A DNA stretch of 64,000 nucleotides, from contig JAQFVV010000005.1 in the NCBI GenBank assembly GCA_028023455.1, positions 16,182,001-16,246,000 of the forward strand, written 5' to 3'. The notes beneath the pieces were generated by a model. It did no database searches and was not told where the DNA came from. It was given only the letters and a program-made list of their open reading frames with translations. This DNA is from Epiperipatus broadwayi. Taxonomy: Eukaryota > Animalia > Onychophora. Below, one piece after another: positions 1-12,424 of the stretch (positions are counted from its first letter, which is position 1; each line of letters opens with the position of its first letter). A program made the position numbers and the translations under genes.

Positions 1-929
1 AATTGTATATTTTTTTCCCATCAATACTATGAATCATACATAGATGAATCAGGACGTCATATATATCTATAGCAATTGAAAACCCTTTATATACATATCC
101 ATTTCGAAATGTAGATTTTGTTGCAAAAAAAATAATAATCTATTGAATAAAAAATATTCACGTGACCTTGAATTTAATGCTATAATAATTGATCCTTTTC
201 TTTGCAGGATTTTCTATGAAATTTTCTATTCACTTCTCTTAAAATATTTTTATCATTTTTCAATTTTGACATTTATTTATTAATTTATTTTGCAATTATT
301 ACTGCGTCTTGGTTGTTTAATCTTATCAACATCTGGAGTAATTAAAAAATGAGAGGAATGTTTTTGAGATTACATCTAAAATATTGACCCATCTTATAAC
401 ATTTTCCCACATTACCTAAAGTTTTTTTACATCTACAATTTGTTCTAGATTTTTGCCCATGGGCTTATTTTAACTATAAAACTGAATTCTTCAACCTCTA
501 AATACAAAATTCCCCAGAATTCTATCTGATGGTATGCACGTGTACAGTAAGCTAGCTTCACAAGCATTGATTATAAACATGTTGTTCTAATGCCCTGCAT
601 GTGCTCTAAATGGTTTGGTGCAGTGGCAGATAGTGGTGTTCAAAATTCATATTCATGGTCAGATCTGTAATTCTTGGTACTTGGACCTTCTTATGAATTC
701 CTGAGCAATAAACTATTTGATTTTTTTTCATTTAACAATTTTTCTGCTTTTTTTTTTTTTTGACTTCAAGTCCATGTAGATCAAAGACATTTCTTTCTTT
801 TCTACTTTAAACTTTAACATTCCAATAACTTTTATTTAATTTAAAGTATATCATGCCTGAAAATTTTACAATATCTGTTTGCATTGGTAATAAAAACATT
901 TCAATTTTTTTCCAATTTGACTGATTGTT

Positions 930-1180
930 TCAAAGCTGATATGGCAAACTTGTTAAAAAGTGAGATGTGAGAGGTTTCATCTTAAGCAGTACTTTAATGA
1001 AATGAAAACAACTTCCATGCTTTATTGATAATCCTGAGTAGTTCAAATAAAGAGACAAATAATTATATTCTGATTGAGTTAACTTTGTATTTTTAACCAC
1101 ATTTCTAATCTCTGATATCACTAAGTTGGCAAGTGATGGTTAATAATTGAATGAGATTCCTGAAAGCATCTTCACCAAGT
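930..1180 (-). mobile_element. Probable Penelope-like ORF N-terminal remnant
   Basis: VVKNTKLTQSEYNYLSLYLNYSG resembles the PLE pre-RT motif VxNLSxxxLTxxExxLLxxGLxF. Confidence 0.4.
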
Positions 1181-1310
1181 TCCATATCTATTAATTTATT
1201 AAAAAATAATTTCCAATAGTTTTTTAATTGTATTCATGTCTAGGAAAAATGTAAGTGGTTCTTATTCTTCTTTACAACATAACTCCCATATTTCTTTCAT
1301 TATATTTATT

Positions 1311-1664
1311 AAAACAGGCAAAACTGTCCACACAGTAGTGCCATTCAGTGCAAGTCAGAGAAATCAATGGATGCCAGAAGGCTTATGCATAAAATTCCTA
1401 TCTAGTGCCTACTCATCCAATATCCACAGACTAGTTTCTAGCTTGTGGCCTTCATCAGTGAGGAGCCTTGGATCTGAGAGCACCACCTAGATTAGCATTG
1501 ATTACTCTGGCTTACATTGAGTGGCACTACTGTATGGAGAGTTTTGTCTGGGCATAATTATTGAGAGATTCTTGACTCCATTTAAGAAGAAGCTACAGTA
1601 CATCATATCACATCACATCTGTTTTAATAAGTTATGAGCAAGCATAAGAAATGGTGATCATGTG
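1311..1664 (-). mobile_element. Family X fold-back element (PLE-derived), HHR with intact core at 1423-1464
   Basis: Inverted arms AAAACAGGCAAAACT...; 12-bp TSD ATTATATTTATT at 1299-1310 and 1665-1676; one-sided tail GCAAGCATAAGAAATGGTGATCATGTGA. A short foreign insert sits at about 1552-1617. Confidence 0.8.
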
Positions 1665-2455
1665 ATTATATTTATTGTGGTTCTCTTGAAGATTTAGAAA
1701 ATTAAATGAGTGTTAACTTATCTTTCATAAAATTATAACTAATGTTAGTTGGTGAAATATCATCTCTGAAAATGTCACATAATTTCTTTATAGTTCTTCT
1801 GAGTTCAACAAAAATGTGCTTTCTACTGATTCAAAATTTCCTATTCAATACACTTTACTTCATTAACTGCTTAAGATATTGTGATTCATTTATAACTTTA
1901 CTATTTCAAGCACTCTTTGATTCCTACTGTTCATGCTTGAGATTCGACTGATGATATTCTTTTTGAAACTCAGATCTTTCCTTCTTCATAGTAATATCAG
2001 AAGCAAGATTCTCTACAGAATGAATGAAGTTGGAAATATCCTTTGCTCTTTCTGTCCACAGACTGTTGAGTGTATTCAGCCTTGAGAAATCACACTAGTA
2101 TTATTATGTTTAATCTTATTTTTCATGATTTTCAACATAGAATAATCCCCCCCCCCCTAATTTGTAGTTAACACTTTGCTTCTGGTATATATCGACATCG
2201 TCCGCATTTTTCTATATAATTGCTATCCAAAATAGATATTAACCATTAAGAATCTCATTATTTATGATCAATTGATTATTTAATTAAGATATAAGAATTA
2301 GGCTATTGAACATCTCATATCTTAATTAAATAATGAGTCAATAGCGAATGCTTAAAAGTTCCTATACATAATATAAGATGATATACTATTATATATTATA
2401 ACACAACAAATGTACATCACTTTTTCTTTTAAAATATATATGTTCTCCAATAATA

Positions 2456-2808
2456 TCAACAAATTAAAAAAATTATTCTCCTTTTTCTTTTCAAAAACTT
2501 TATTTTCTATATCAATACTGAACATATATATACATTTATATAGTACCAACTCCAACGTTTCAACTGTTTTTATCTCCTTACAGTCATTTTCAAGGATATC
2601 TCTCTCCCATTACTATTTTTTAAAAGGAAGTGTAATAAAAAATAGTAGTGGGAAAAAAATAGTAGTGAGAGAGAGATATCCTTGAAAATGACTGTAAAAA
2701 AATAAAAACAGTTGAAACGTTGGAGTTGGTATATATATATATGTTCATTATTGATATAAAAAATAAGGTTTTTGAAAAGAAAAAGGAGAATTTTTTTTAA
2801 TTTGAAGA
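2456..2808. mobile_element. Fold-back repeat (family V) with decayed HHR-like motifs in both arms
   Basis: About 160-bp inverted arms. The right arm reads ATCC TTGAAAA TGACTGT...ACAGTT GAAAC GTT GGA (2678-2724). Confidence 0.6.
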
Positions 2809-3119
2809 TGATATACTCTGTAATCTATTGATTACATTATGAAGATATCTTAAAAAATATAAACAAGCAAATAAAAGCGAGATAAAAATAAAAGATAATA
2901 AAGACAAGAGCAAGCATATAGACTTCTTTTGAATACTATTAGAAGAAGGAAGCTAATATTTAATATATTAATCAATATATAAGATGAAAAATACAATTAA
3001 TAGATGACAAAGATTATACCTAATTATAATCTTTCAGATTTATTGAATTTAAATTCACTTTAAAATATAAAAGAAATCAGTTATGGAATTAGTATATACA
3101 AGGCTATATCTTATATGTG

Positions 3120-3680
3120 CTATAAAATAGTTTCTCCTTAAATGAATCCAGAAATTTCTGCACATAGGTTATATGTCCAGAAATCCCATTAGTCACATTA
3201 AATATTTCATCAGTTCAAATTCCTTTCTTACAATAAACTCATCTACTTTTTATTTCTTATAACTCTTTTTTTCCAACTCAGGTTCATGCAACCCATTTTA
3301 ATAAAACTTTTTTTATTAAATCTACTATCCTGTCCTCATATGGACCAATTGCATTATAACCTAAACAATAAAGTCATAAAATCTCTTATCTTTTTTATTC
3401 CTTTTATCTTTAATATTCTCCCATTCTCATAAAATATATTCTGACCTCTTTCAACATCCTCCATTCCAAAGATAAATGTTCAATATTATCTCTCCCATAT
3501 AACATAAGCAAAACCCTTATTGATTTTTGTCTCATTACCCTAGTACATAAACCTCCTATCCTTGCAGTAGATAATAGATTTACTTTAGTGTTATTATACA
3601 ATCTTTCATATGTTATAACACTTTTATTCCTATATAACTTCAAACTAAGTGCCTTCTGTAAGTATGACATAAATTGTTAT
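3120..3680 (-). mobile_element. LINE 3' remnant (R1/I-like)
   Basis: ORF 3410-3670 resembles the post-RT region, and a downstream SGH..Y..F motif is present. Weak. Confidence 0.4.
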
Positions 3681-5504
3681 ATTACAAAGAAATCAAGTCA
3701 TATGTCACATGACCCAATTTAACAAACTTGTATTACAAATGTTATATAAAGACCTCACAAATAAGCTCTTAACAAGCTTTTCTGGGGATATTCTGCAAAG
3801 CTTGTTAAAAACTTATTTGTGAGTTCTATATATAAAATTGTGTATTAGCCAAAACCTTATACCTTCCTTAAGTAATGAGTGAATAATGGATGTTTAGCTG
3901 CTATAAGAACATACCAATCATATGTAAAATTTATATTTAATCTATTCTGTAATAAGTATAAATACAACATAATCTTTCTATTATCAACTCCATCATGAGA
4001 GCAAGACTACATTATACACATTGTCACCTCACTGCATTTATTGTTTTTAGATATAAGTTTTCCATAGATATTTGAGACCATAAATAATAACAAACAATAT
4101 AGAGAGAGGAAGCAATCACATGATTAACTTAATGTATTGCCGAATGCAAGGGTGTCTGGGAGAAGATTCATAGTGATATTCATACAGATTGGAATTTTTA
4201 CAAAGTATATGAATTTTTATTTAATATTATTGTAAATTGTGATGTACTACAGTTGTAAATGGTAAGTCTGTGAGTGGAAGAGTTATGTTAGATTCTTAAT
4301 AATGTTAACATTAATATATTATCTAACTAGGATACTATTTATTTCATGTGATGTTTCATTTAATAACCCAAAGTATTTATGAGGTGGAAATTTGTTTACA
4401 AAGTTAGAAACATACTACAATGAAAATGACTGTAAAGCCCTGCATCATTTGGGGAAATTGAGATTCTTGCTCTAAAGTGTTCAGATCAATTTTAATTCTG
4501 TCACTTTCAGCAATTGAATTTCTTATACTCCTCAGCAATAAAGCTGTTAGATTATTTATTATTTTTATTTTACTAATATAAATAAATAATACCAACAAAC
4601 TCTTCTATTCATTTTGCACAATGCATGTAGAATAGCTATTATTCCAAACTTCCAAAAAAATAACTGACAGTCTTCTTCAAAGCTGCACAATATAAGTGCC
4701 CTATTATAAAACAAATTAAACATACAAAACAAATTATTGACACATACTTAAAACTTCAAAAAATGAATTTAAATACTTTATTTAAGTCAACAACCTCTGA
4801 GATCGATTTGTGGCATCCATGGAAGAAATTAACACAGTCTCGAGCTTCATAAGCAATAAATTTTGGTTATAATTGCCAACAAATTCACATAGTAAAGAAT
4901 AAAATTAAAAATATTAAATGAAAATATTATATTAATCAATAATTAGAACAAAAAATAATACTATTAATCAATAATTAGAACAAAAAATAATACTATTATT
5001 CAAAACCCTCTCTTGGAAAACATTCCTGTGCATACATATGTTACATTCCTTATTTGAAAGAACTAAATAACTAGAAATCAAAATACTATGAACACATGAT
5101 AACACTTTATTATTGCAAATTTATATATAATTTTGTATTTAATAAAGATTTAAAAAAATATTTTTACAATTTTTAAATGCAATCAATAAATTAGAAAAAA
5201 TAAATGACAACTTTGTATGTAAAACACATTTGTTATGTTAAATGCAAACCATAAAGATATATAAGAAATCACTTGATATTCTATTTTACATGAATTATGA
5301 TAAGACGCAAGCAATAAATGGCAATAGAGCAGAGAACCACTCTTCTCAAACACCCCACTGTTTACTTTGCAAAAAAAGATAAAGCCTGAATTTAACAGCA
5401 CACACAATCACATGCACAAATACATATAAATATTTTTTAGATATATTTAAATTTTTTATTCCATATCACATTCTCAAACCATATAAATAACATCTAAGAA
5501 AAGC

Positions 5505-5715
5505 AAATAACCTTCAAGATGCATTTCATGCTGAACCAGCTCTCTTCAGTTGACCTAGGCTACAATGTCTTACATATGTTAATCATTTGTTTAATATTCA
5601 TCAATACCAAATTATTACAATTTGATTTACAATTACCAAGATTTCTGCCTCCACAACTTTCAAACCATCCACTAAGAAAACTGAAGAGTGATAGTTCAGT
5701 TGAAATGCATGGGGG
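5505..5715. mobile_element. PLE-like fragment with an intact HHR (5514-5553, minus) and an inverted decayed copy (about 5678-5712, plus)
   Basis: Minus strand: TCAA CTGAAGA GAGCTGGTTCAGCAT GAAA TGCATC TTGA. A related decayed copy lies at about 33680-33720. Confidence 0.65.
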
Positions 5716-6244
5716 GGGGGGGTCATTTGTCTTTTTACAAAACTTTATTCATATAAGAATGTGCAATGAAATGAAAGTTTTGAGAATATTTAAAAAAAGA
5801 TATTACACATAGAAAAAGAGACAAAAGTGAATTATTCCATGTTTTTATGTTTAACCCAAAAATAAATATACTGATCTTGAACTGAGGTTTAAAGTTTATA
5901 TCTGGATTAGGAATGATATAATAATCTATCATAATGTATAATTTGAAATAATCATTAATATATTTATCTGAATTGGATGGCATTAAAATCCTGAAATATA
6001 ATGCTTATAAATCAAACTATAATAGTATATAAATATTTATTTCAGTATACAATAAAATCTATATTTATTCAAAGTGTACAAATTATCATTTTTGATACAA
6101 TCAATTTTTCACTATGTAATCAAAGACTGTTCAAATCTCTGGAGTTTAATACCAGAAACTCATCAAATATATAAAAATGATATAAAATAAGTAGAAGTAT
6201 AATTTAGTGCCCTCTAGTTTAAATTTAATCATTAATTATGACTT

Positions 6245-6537
6245 AAACCACTAAACATCACATGATCACTATTTTTTATGCTAGCACATTACTGTTATTA
6301 AAACAGGCAAAAACTCTCCATACAGTAGTGCCACTCAGTGCCAACCAGAGTAATCAATGGATGCCAGTAATCTCAGATCCAAAGCTCCTCACTGACAAAG
6401 GCCACAAGCCAGAAACTAGTCTGGGGATATTGGATGAGTAGGCACTAGATAGGGATTTTATGCACAAGCCTTCTGGAATCCATTGATTACTCTGGTTGGC
6501 ACTGAGTGGCACTACTGTATGGAGAGTTTTGCCTGTT
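6245..6537 (+). mobile_element. Family X fold-back element
   Basis: About 70-bp near-perfect arms (6298-6367 and 6473-6541). TSD TTAATTA(T/C)GACTT at 6232-6244 and 6538-6550. The HHR at 6386-6427 has a decayed core (CTGACAA). Confidence 0.85.
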
Positions 6538-8004
6538 TTAATTACGACTTACCAATTCCTTTTTGTATATTACATATATTTCAGATATAACCCAGCTTTA
6601 CCAAAAGGAGTTCTAAACATCTGTTTATCATATGAGAATAATAGATAGAACTTTATATGTAAAGAGATTTGTGCAATCTACTTACTTTTAATGAGTAAAC
6701 ATTTTAACTCACAAACACAATTTTATATCGAATTTAATATTATGGAATCAATTTAAATTTAATAAAATTACTTTACCACTTAAACATAAGTGACCAAAGT
6801 TCTACTGAAGTTTAAATATATATTTTAAAAACAAGAATCTCCATTAAATTCTCTAAATGATTGTTTAATGTGTAAAAGAGTCAAAGGTTAAGAAACTGAG
6901 CATTGTCTACTGCTAGAAAACTTTTTATATAATAAAGAATTTTTTTAAAGATTGAATCTTAAACTACAAATCTTGATAAATATACATACAGATTCATTAC
7001 TATAAATATGAAAAACATAGGTAACCAAAAGAGCTCTGCTTTATGCAAATTATTATATTTTCTAATTTAAAATTACAATATTTTTAACAATAAATTATCA
7101 AATTTTCAGCTTAAATAATATAAGATAAAGGCAAATCTCTATTTTAATGCCATCGAGTATAATTTTGCGTAATCAATGATTATCAGATGAATTAGAAGAT
7201 CTACTCTTAGTGTTTAAATCCTCATCCTCAAACTTTTTTTTTATTAATGAGGTGTGGGATTCAAGGTTGGAAGGAATTCAATTACCTATCCAGAAAGCAT
7301 CTTTAACTCCATTTTGCTCATCAGATTACTCTTTCTCTTATCATATTGTTTAAACTAGGAATTTGCTTTGTTGTTATTACTGTCATTCTTGGACAATGAA
7401 ACAAGGTATCATAGCTAGTGAAGAATTAGAGGTACTAAAATATATAGTTGCTAAACTGGTTTCAAATCTAAATAACTGTTTAAGAAGATTGAGTTTGATT
7501 TCAAATCTTAGGATTGTATGCTATTAGCTTGATACATAAAATAAAATTAAAGATGGCTGCTGGATTCATGTCTACATTTCTTACAATCTTGAATCTCATG
7601 GCTTATTCACAAAAGCTAGAAACTGGTCTGAGAATGAAGATTTAAGTACTAAGAATACAGATTTTACCTACATCTGGCAATTATTGGTTATTCAAGTTTA
7701 TGCTACATAGTGCTAGAATGGAGAACTGTTCTTGTCATATAATAATTTTCTTTTATAAAATTATCTATATTTAATACTTATGATATAATCATTCATTTCC
7801 TGAATACGATTATAGTCCTTTGGAAATGTATATTTTAAATCAAGATCTTTTCCATTATATATTGAAGTATTTCTTTAATTTGTATACTTCAGTGATGAAA
7901 CTAATGTTATTTAAATTAGTAATTGAGAATTAGTTTGTGCTTGAAAGTATATTTTGATTGATCTTTTTATATATGTTTTGTTTGCCACAATAAATAAATA
8001 AATA

Positions 8005-8130
8005 ATCAAATGGTTTTAATGCTCAGGAGTTTAAACGAAGTTTGAATGCCAGAAATGCCAAAACTAGAATTGATCTGAGGACCCACACTTCAGAGTCAGA
8101 TATTCCACCATTGCACTAAACCATGCAGGG
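8005..8130 (-). mobile_element. Older tRNA(Gln)-like SINE (family Z); further copies at about 591-722 (+) and 9915-10030 (-)
   Basis: Head GTGCAATGGTGGAATATCTGACTCTGAAG; shared 3' end CTGAGCA.TAAA.CATTTGATT. Confidence 0.55.
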
Positions 8131-8327
8131 CTTTGCCACAGTTTATAAGTGGGAACAGTCATTTTGTAAATTTAGATAAACTTCTATTAATCCCAAGTCT
8201 CTGAATTGAGGGCTTTTTTGGATTTGTGAATTTTATCGGATATTAATAATCAACTTTTCTCCCTCTCGTTTTAATCCTAAGCTCTATTGAAAATTTAAAT
8301 AAATATTACTTTTACTATATACTGTTT

Positions 8328-9320
8328 GGTGAAACACACATGCTTATTATATACCTGTGTTTATATATGTAATACATAGGGTATATGAGCACAGACTTTC
8401 ACATAATCCATCACTCTCCACACTATCTCATAACACTGATACATTTGAACATATATATGTTGAAAAGATAAATAATCACCAATATACGTATTTCATGCTA
8501 AACCAGAAATCATCAGCTGGTCCAGATTACCATCTCTACACATATATGCTATAAGTGCTCAGATATATATTAAGGTAGCCAATCCTCATACTTTAATGGA
8601 CAGGCTTCAATCTATTCCACACTCCAGCTCTTCAACCGTCCATCCAATTGAAAATCTGATGATGGAATGCTCAAGGGCCACCCTAAGGCCAAGATTCTTG
8701 TCACACCCATGTTGACCTAAGGTCAATCTAACCCCTCATACACAGGACATAATCCATTTAATACAAGGGATGGGCAGACATCTCCACTATAGGTGAAACA
8801 CACAGGCTTATTATATACCTGTGTTTATATATGTAATACATAGGGTATATGAGAACAGACTTTCACATGATCCACCACTCTCCACACTATCTCATAACAC
8901 TGATACATTTGAACACATAATCACCAATATAGATATTTCATGCTAAACCAGCAATCATCAGTTGGTCCAGATTACCATCTCTACACATATATGCTATAAG
9001 TGCTCAGATATATATTAAGATAGCTAATCCTCATACTTTAATGGACAGGCTTCAATCTACTCCACACTCCAACTCTTCAACCGTCCATCCAATTGAAAAT
9101 CTGATGATTGAATGCTCAAAGGCCACCCTAAGGCTAAGATTCTTGTCACACCCAAGTTGACCTAAGGTCAATATAACGTCTCATGCACAGGCCATAATCC
9201 ATTTAATACAAGGGATGGGCAGACATCTCTACTATGTAATAGGTGAAACACACAGGCTTATTATATACTTGTGTTTATATATGTAATACATAGGGTACAT
9301 ATATGTGTTCAAATGTATCC
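8328..9320 (-). mobile_element. Family Y: tandem dimer (464 + 450 bp, plus a partial third unit) of a PLE-derived unit, one HHR per unit
   Basis: Unit starts GGTGAAACACACA at 8328, 8792 and 9242. HHRs at 8478-8521 and 8923-8966. The minus strand shows a decayed GIY-YIG-like stretch (PIPCIKWIMSCV*GVRLTLGQHGCDKN). The array ends in a short inverted piece (GTGTTCAAATGTATC, about 9305-9319). Confidence 0.8.
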
Positions 9321-10779
9321 TGAAAACAAAATGTGTATTTATATAGGTGCCATTAATTTAGTTATCTCATAAAACTACTTATGTTAAGGAACTTGTTTTA
9401 TGGCACTTGCAAAGATAATTATTATTTCTATAAAATACAAATTGTTTTTAATCTATTTTGAAGCTAAAAACAGTTCCCTTTTTAATAACGTGGACTTCAA
9501 AATTAAGTAATCAATGCTTATTAAATGCTTTAATGCATTTAAATATTCATTTAAATGCATTAAAGCAGTTAGTAATTACTGTTACTCAAACTTCGACAAT
9601 AGATGGCGGTAGCAAATGGAATTGCTCGTTTTATCACGTGATAGGTGAAATGGAGAATTAAATAATTTATCATACTTATTTTCAAGCTAACGTAAATAAC
9701 AATTATCGGAATATATTTTTATTTATAATTTTGAATTCTCACTTTATTTATAAAATTTGAATTTTTAAATTATCTTTCCAATATTTAATTTGGCAACCAA
9801 ATGCAAATTTTAAGTTAACCATTATTTTATAAAAAATCAAAATATTATATAAATTGGAATGAAGTAACATATAATCTTAAAGTATAATTATTATTTTACA
9901 TAATCAACATAAAAAAATCAAATGGCTTTGAGTTCAGAAAAAAGCTGAGTGTCAAAATGCCAGAACTGGAGTTGATTCTGGGGTCTTAGTTTCAGATTCT
10001 GAAACTATATCACTACCCTAAACAATGCGGGCAACTGAGATAACCATCAACACCACACACCAAGAATTATATTTATTTCTCAATCCATTAGAGAATATAT
10101 TTTATAATTTGTACTTTAAAGTTTATTCAGATAAGATTTTTTTTGTTGATTCTTACAATATTTCAATTTATTTTGAGTGGTCATCTTTGATGGACAACAA
10201 GTGAAAGTAAGAATGCTGGACATTAATACTGTGGGCACATAGAATTAAAAGTAGTCCTTCAGAAAATAATAGATATTTTTAAAATAGGGTCAAAGAAAGT
10301 CTAATGCATTAAAAAACAATTTTTTAAGAATATAAAAAGATTAAACATAGTTTTTACCCATCAAAGATTCTTCTGGAATTTTCTTAAAAAAATCAACATT
10401 TCTTCTTAAATCTATACTATATCATATAGAAATATTTTTAATTAGTTTTGTATTTTATACTGTAACTATATATTCATATAAAAGTTTAACACAATTTATA
10501 TAAATAGTTAATTAGTTTTCTATTCAAAAACTACAACTTTTTGATAGAACATATCTTCTCTTTATTTCCCTTACTAAAATTTTAAATTACTTCAAAAGAA
10601 GTCACAAAATTAATAAAACAAATTTAAAAAAACCAAATTATTAAAGAAATACATTAAAAAAAAAAAATCTAAAAATGCACAGATTCCCACAGAAACAAAT
10701 ATTTTCTATTTATAATACTAAGAAATTATCACATGATCTCTGTATACACATTACTTTTAAGTTATTAATCTGTCTCCTC

Positions 10780-11030
10780 CTTAAATGTCAAATGCTTGTG
10801 CTTAATAAATCCTTATCTAGTGCTGAATCATCTAAATTCTCAAACTGGTTTCTAACTTACAGATTTCATCAGTGAGGGGTTTTGGATCCAATAATATATT
10901 CAGATTCAAAAGTCCTCATTGAAAAAATCCAGAAGCTAGAAACTAATCTGGGCATGTGGATAGGATAGTAGTGGGTGTGGATTTATTGAGAATTACAATC
11001 TGGCATCTATTGATTACTCAAATTTATTAT
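10780..11030. mobile_element. Old degraded family X fold-back (further relics at about 7540-7700 and 53935-54030)
   Basis: Contains AACTGGTTTCTAAC...TTCATCAGTGAGG and, inverted, AGAAGCTAGAAACTAATCTGGG, plus TGGCATCTATTGATTACTC arm sequence. Confidence 0.6.
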
Positions 11031-11554
11031 GATGACATGATTGGAGTACAAGAAATAGATTTGATATTTCCCATTTAAACATTATAATTTAAAAATAGTA
11101 TACTCAAAATATACTCATTATTGGAATGTAATAAAGGTATAAGCATAAATCTAAATATAGAGTAGTTTCCTTATATCCAATTATATTTGTTTTCAAACCT
11201 TCTTTTGAATACTTGAAATAATGAATAACAGCAAACTAAATGTACATATTTAACATATATGCACACCTATGACACAATTTCACTTAGAATATACATTAAA
11301 GCATCAACAAAAGTAGCTATAAAAAAGATTAGGACAACATAGGTATGAACGAGACAACACAGTAATAATTTGTAAGTATTACTTAACAGCAGGTTACTAA
11401 TATTCTTTTAGTTGGTTTGCCAAGAAGGTTATGTTGATGTGATTTATATGTAATAAATAGTTAAGTATTGACATTTATAATTTAGTATATAAATATGTGT
11501 TAAAGATTTATAGACTTAAGATATAAATATTAAAATTATGATAGGAATGTTTTC

Positions 11555-12335
11555 ATGTACCTTTGAGGCCTTTCTTGCAATGATATATATTGCAGAGGCT
11601 TCTACTATGTGGTGATGCTGAACTGATATCAGACCCATATAGCTATCTGGCATGCTATGCTGAGTTTGAAGACATTATGTGTCTAAAAAATTCACGCTTG
11701 CAAGCTGAATAGAAACTGTTTCTTAAATGCTCAGAGTTTGTGTTTTAGATCTAGTTTCTTAATCCTGTCCTTCACTGACGATAGCAAATAGCTTGAAATA
11801 ATGATCTGAAGGTGGAAATTAAATACTCGCTCTGACGTTTATGTAAACAAACACTTGGTGTTGTTGGTATAACGCCATCTATTGTCATAAATACAAGCGT
11901 ATGCAAGTTTTTAACATGTTTTTTGTTTTTCATAAATGTACCTTTGAGGTCTTTCTTGCAATGATATATATTGCAGAGGCTTCTACTATGTGGTGATGCT
12001 GAACTGATATCAGACCTATATAGCTATCTGGCATGCTATGCTGAGTTTGAAGACATTACTTGTCTAAAAAATTCATGCTTGCAAGCTGAATAGAACCTGT
12101 TTCTTAAATGCTCAGAGTTTGTGTTTTAGATCTAGTTTCTTAATCCTGTCCTTCACTGACGATAGAAAATAGCTTGAAATCATGATCTGAAGGTGGAAAT
12201 TAAGTTAGAGATAGTGAAATACTCACTCTGACATTTATGTAAACAAACGTTTGAAGGTGTTTTTGGTATAACGCCATCTATTGTCATAAATACAAGCGTA
12301 TGCAAGTTTTTAACTTGTGTTTTTTGTTTTTCATA
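11555..12335 (+). mobile_element. Family W: tandem dimer (381-bp period), one HHR per unit
   Basis: Units start ATGTACCTTTGAGG at 11555 and 11936. HHRs at 11769-11812 and 12150-12193 have CCTTCA/TGAAGG stem I, a CTGACGA core and an ATC cleavage triplet. Confidence 0.85.
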
Positions 12336-12424
12336 TATATATATATATAAGAAATTTATTAATCATAATGAATTCAAGCTAATAATTAGTAATATAAAAG
12401 TATAACCTTCAATCTTAGAAGTAA

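Noticed and set aside
1940-1980. CTGATGA…GAAAC spacing resembling an HHR (a similar case lies at about 29120-29165, minus)
   Set aside because: No stem I or II pairing and no valid cleavage triplet.
8328-12335. Tandem repeats considered as CRISPR-like or satellite arrays
   Set aside because: Eukaryotic context, units of 380-460 bp with no unique spacers, and only two units each.
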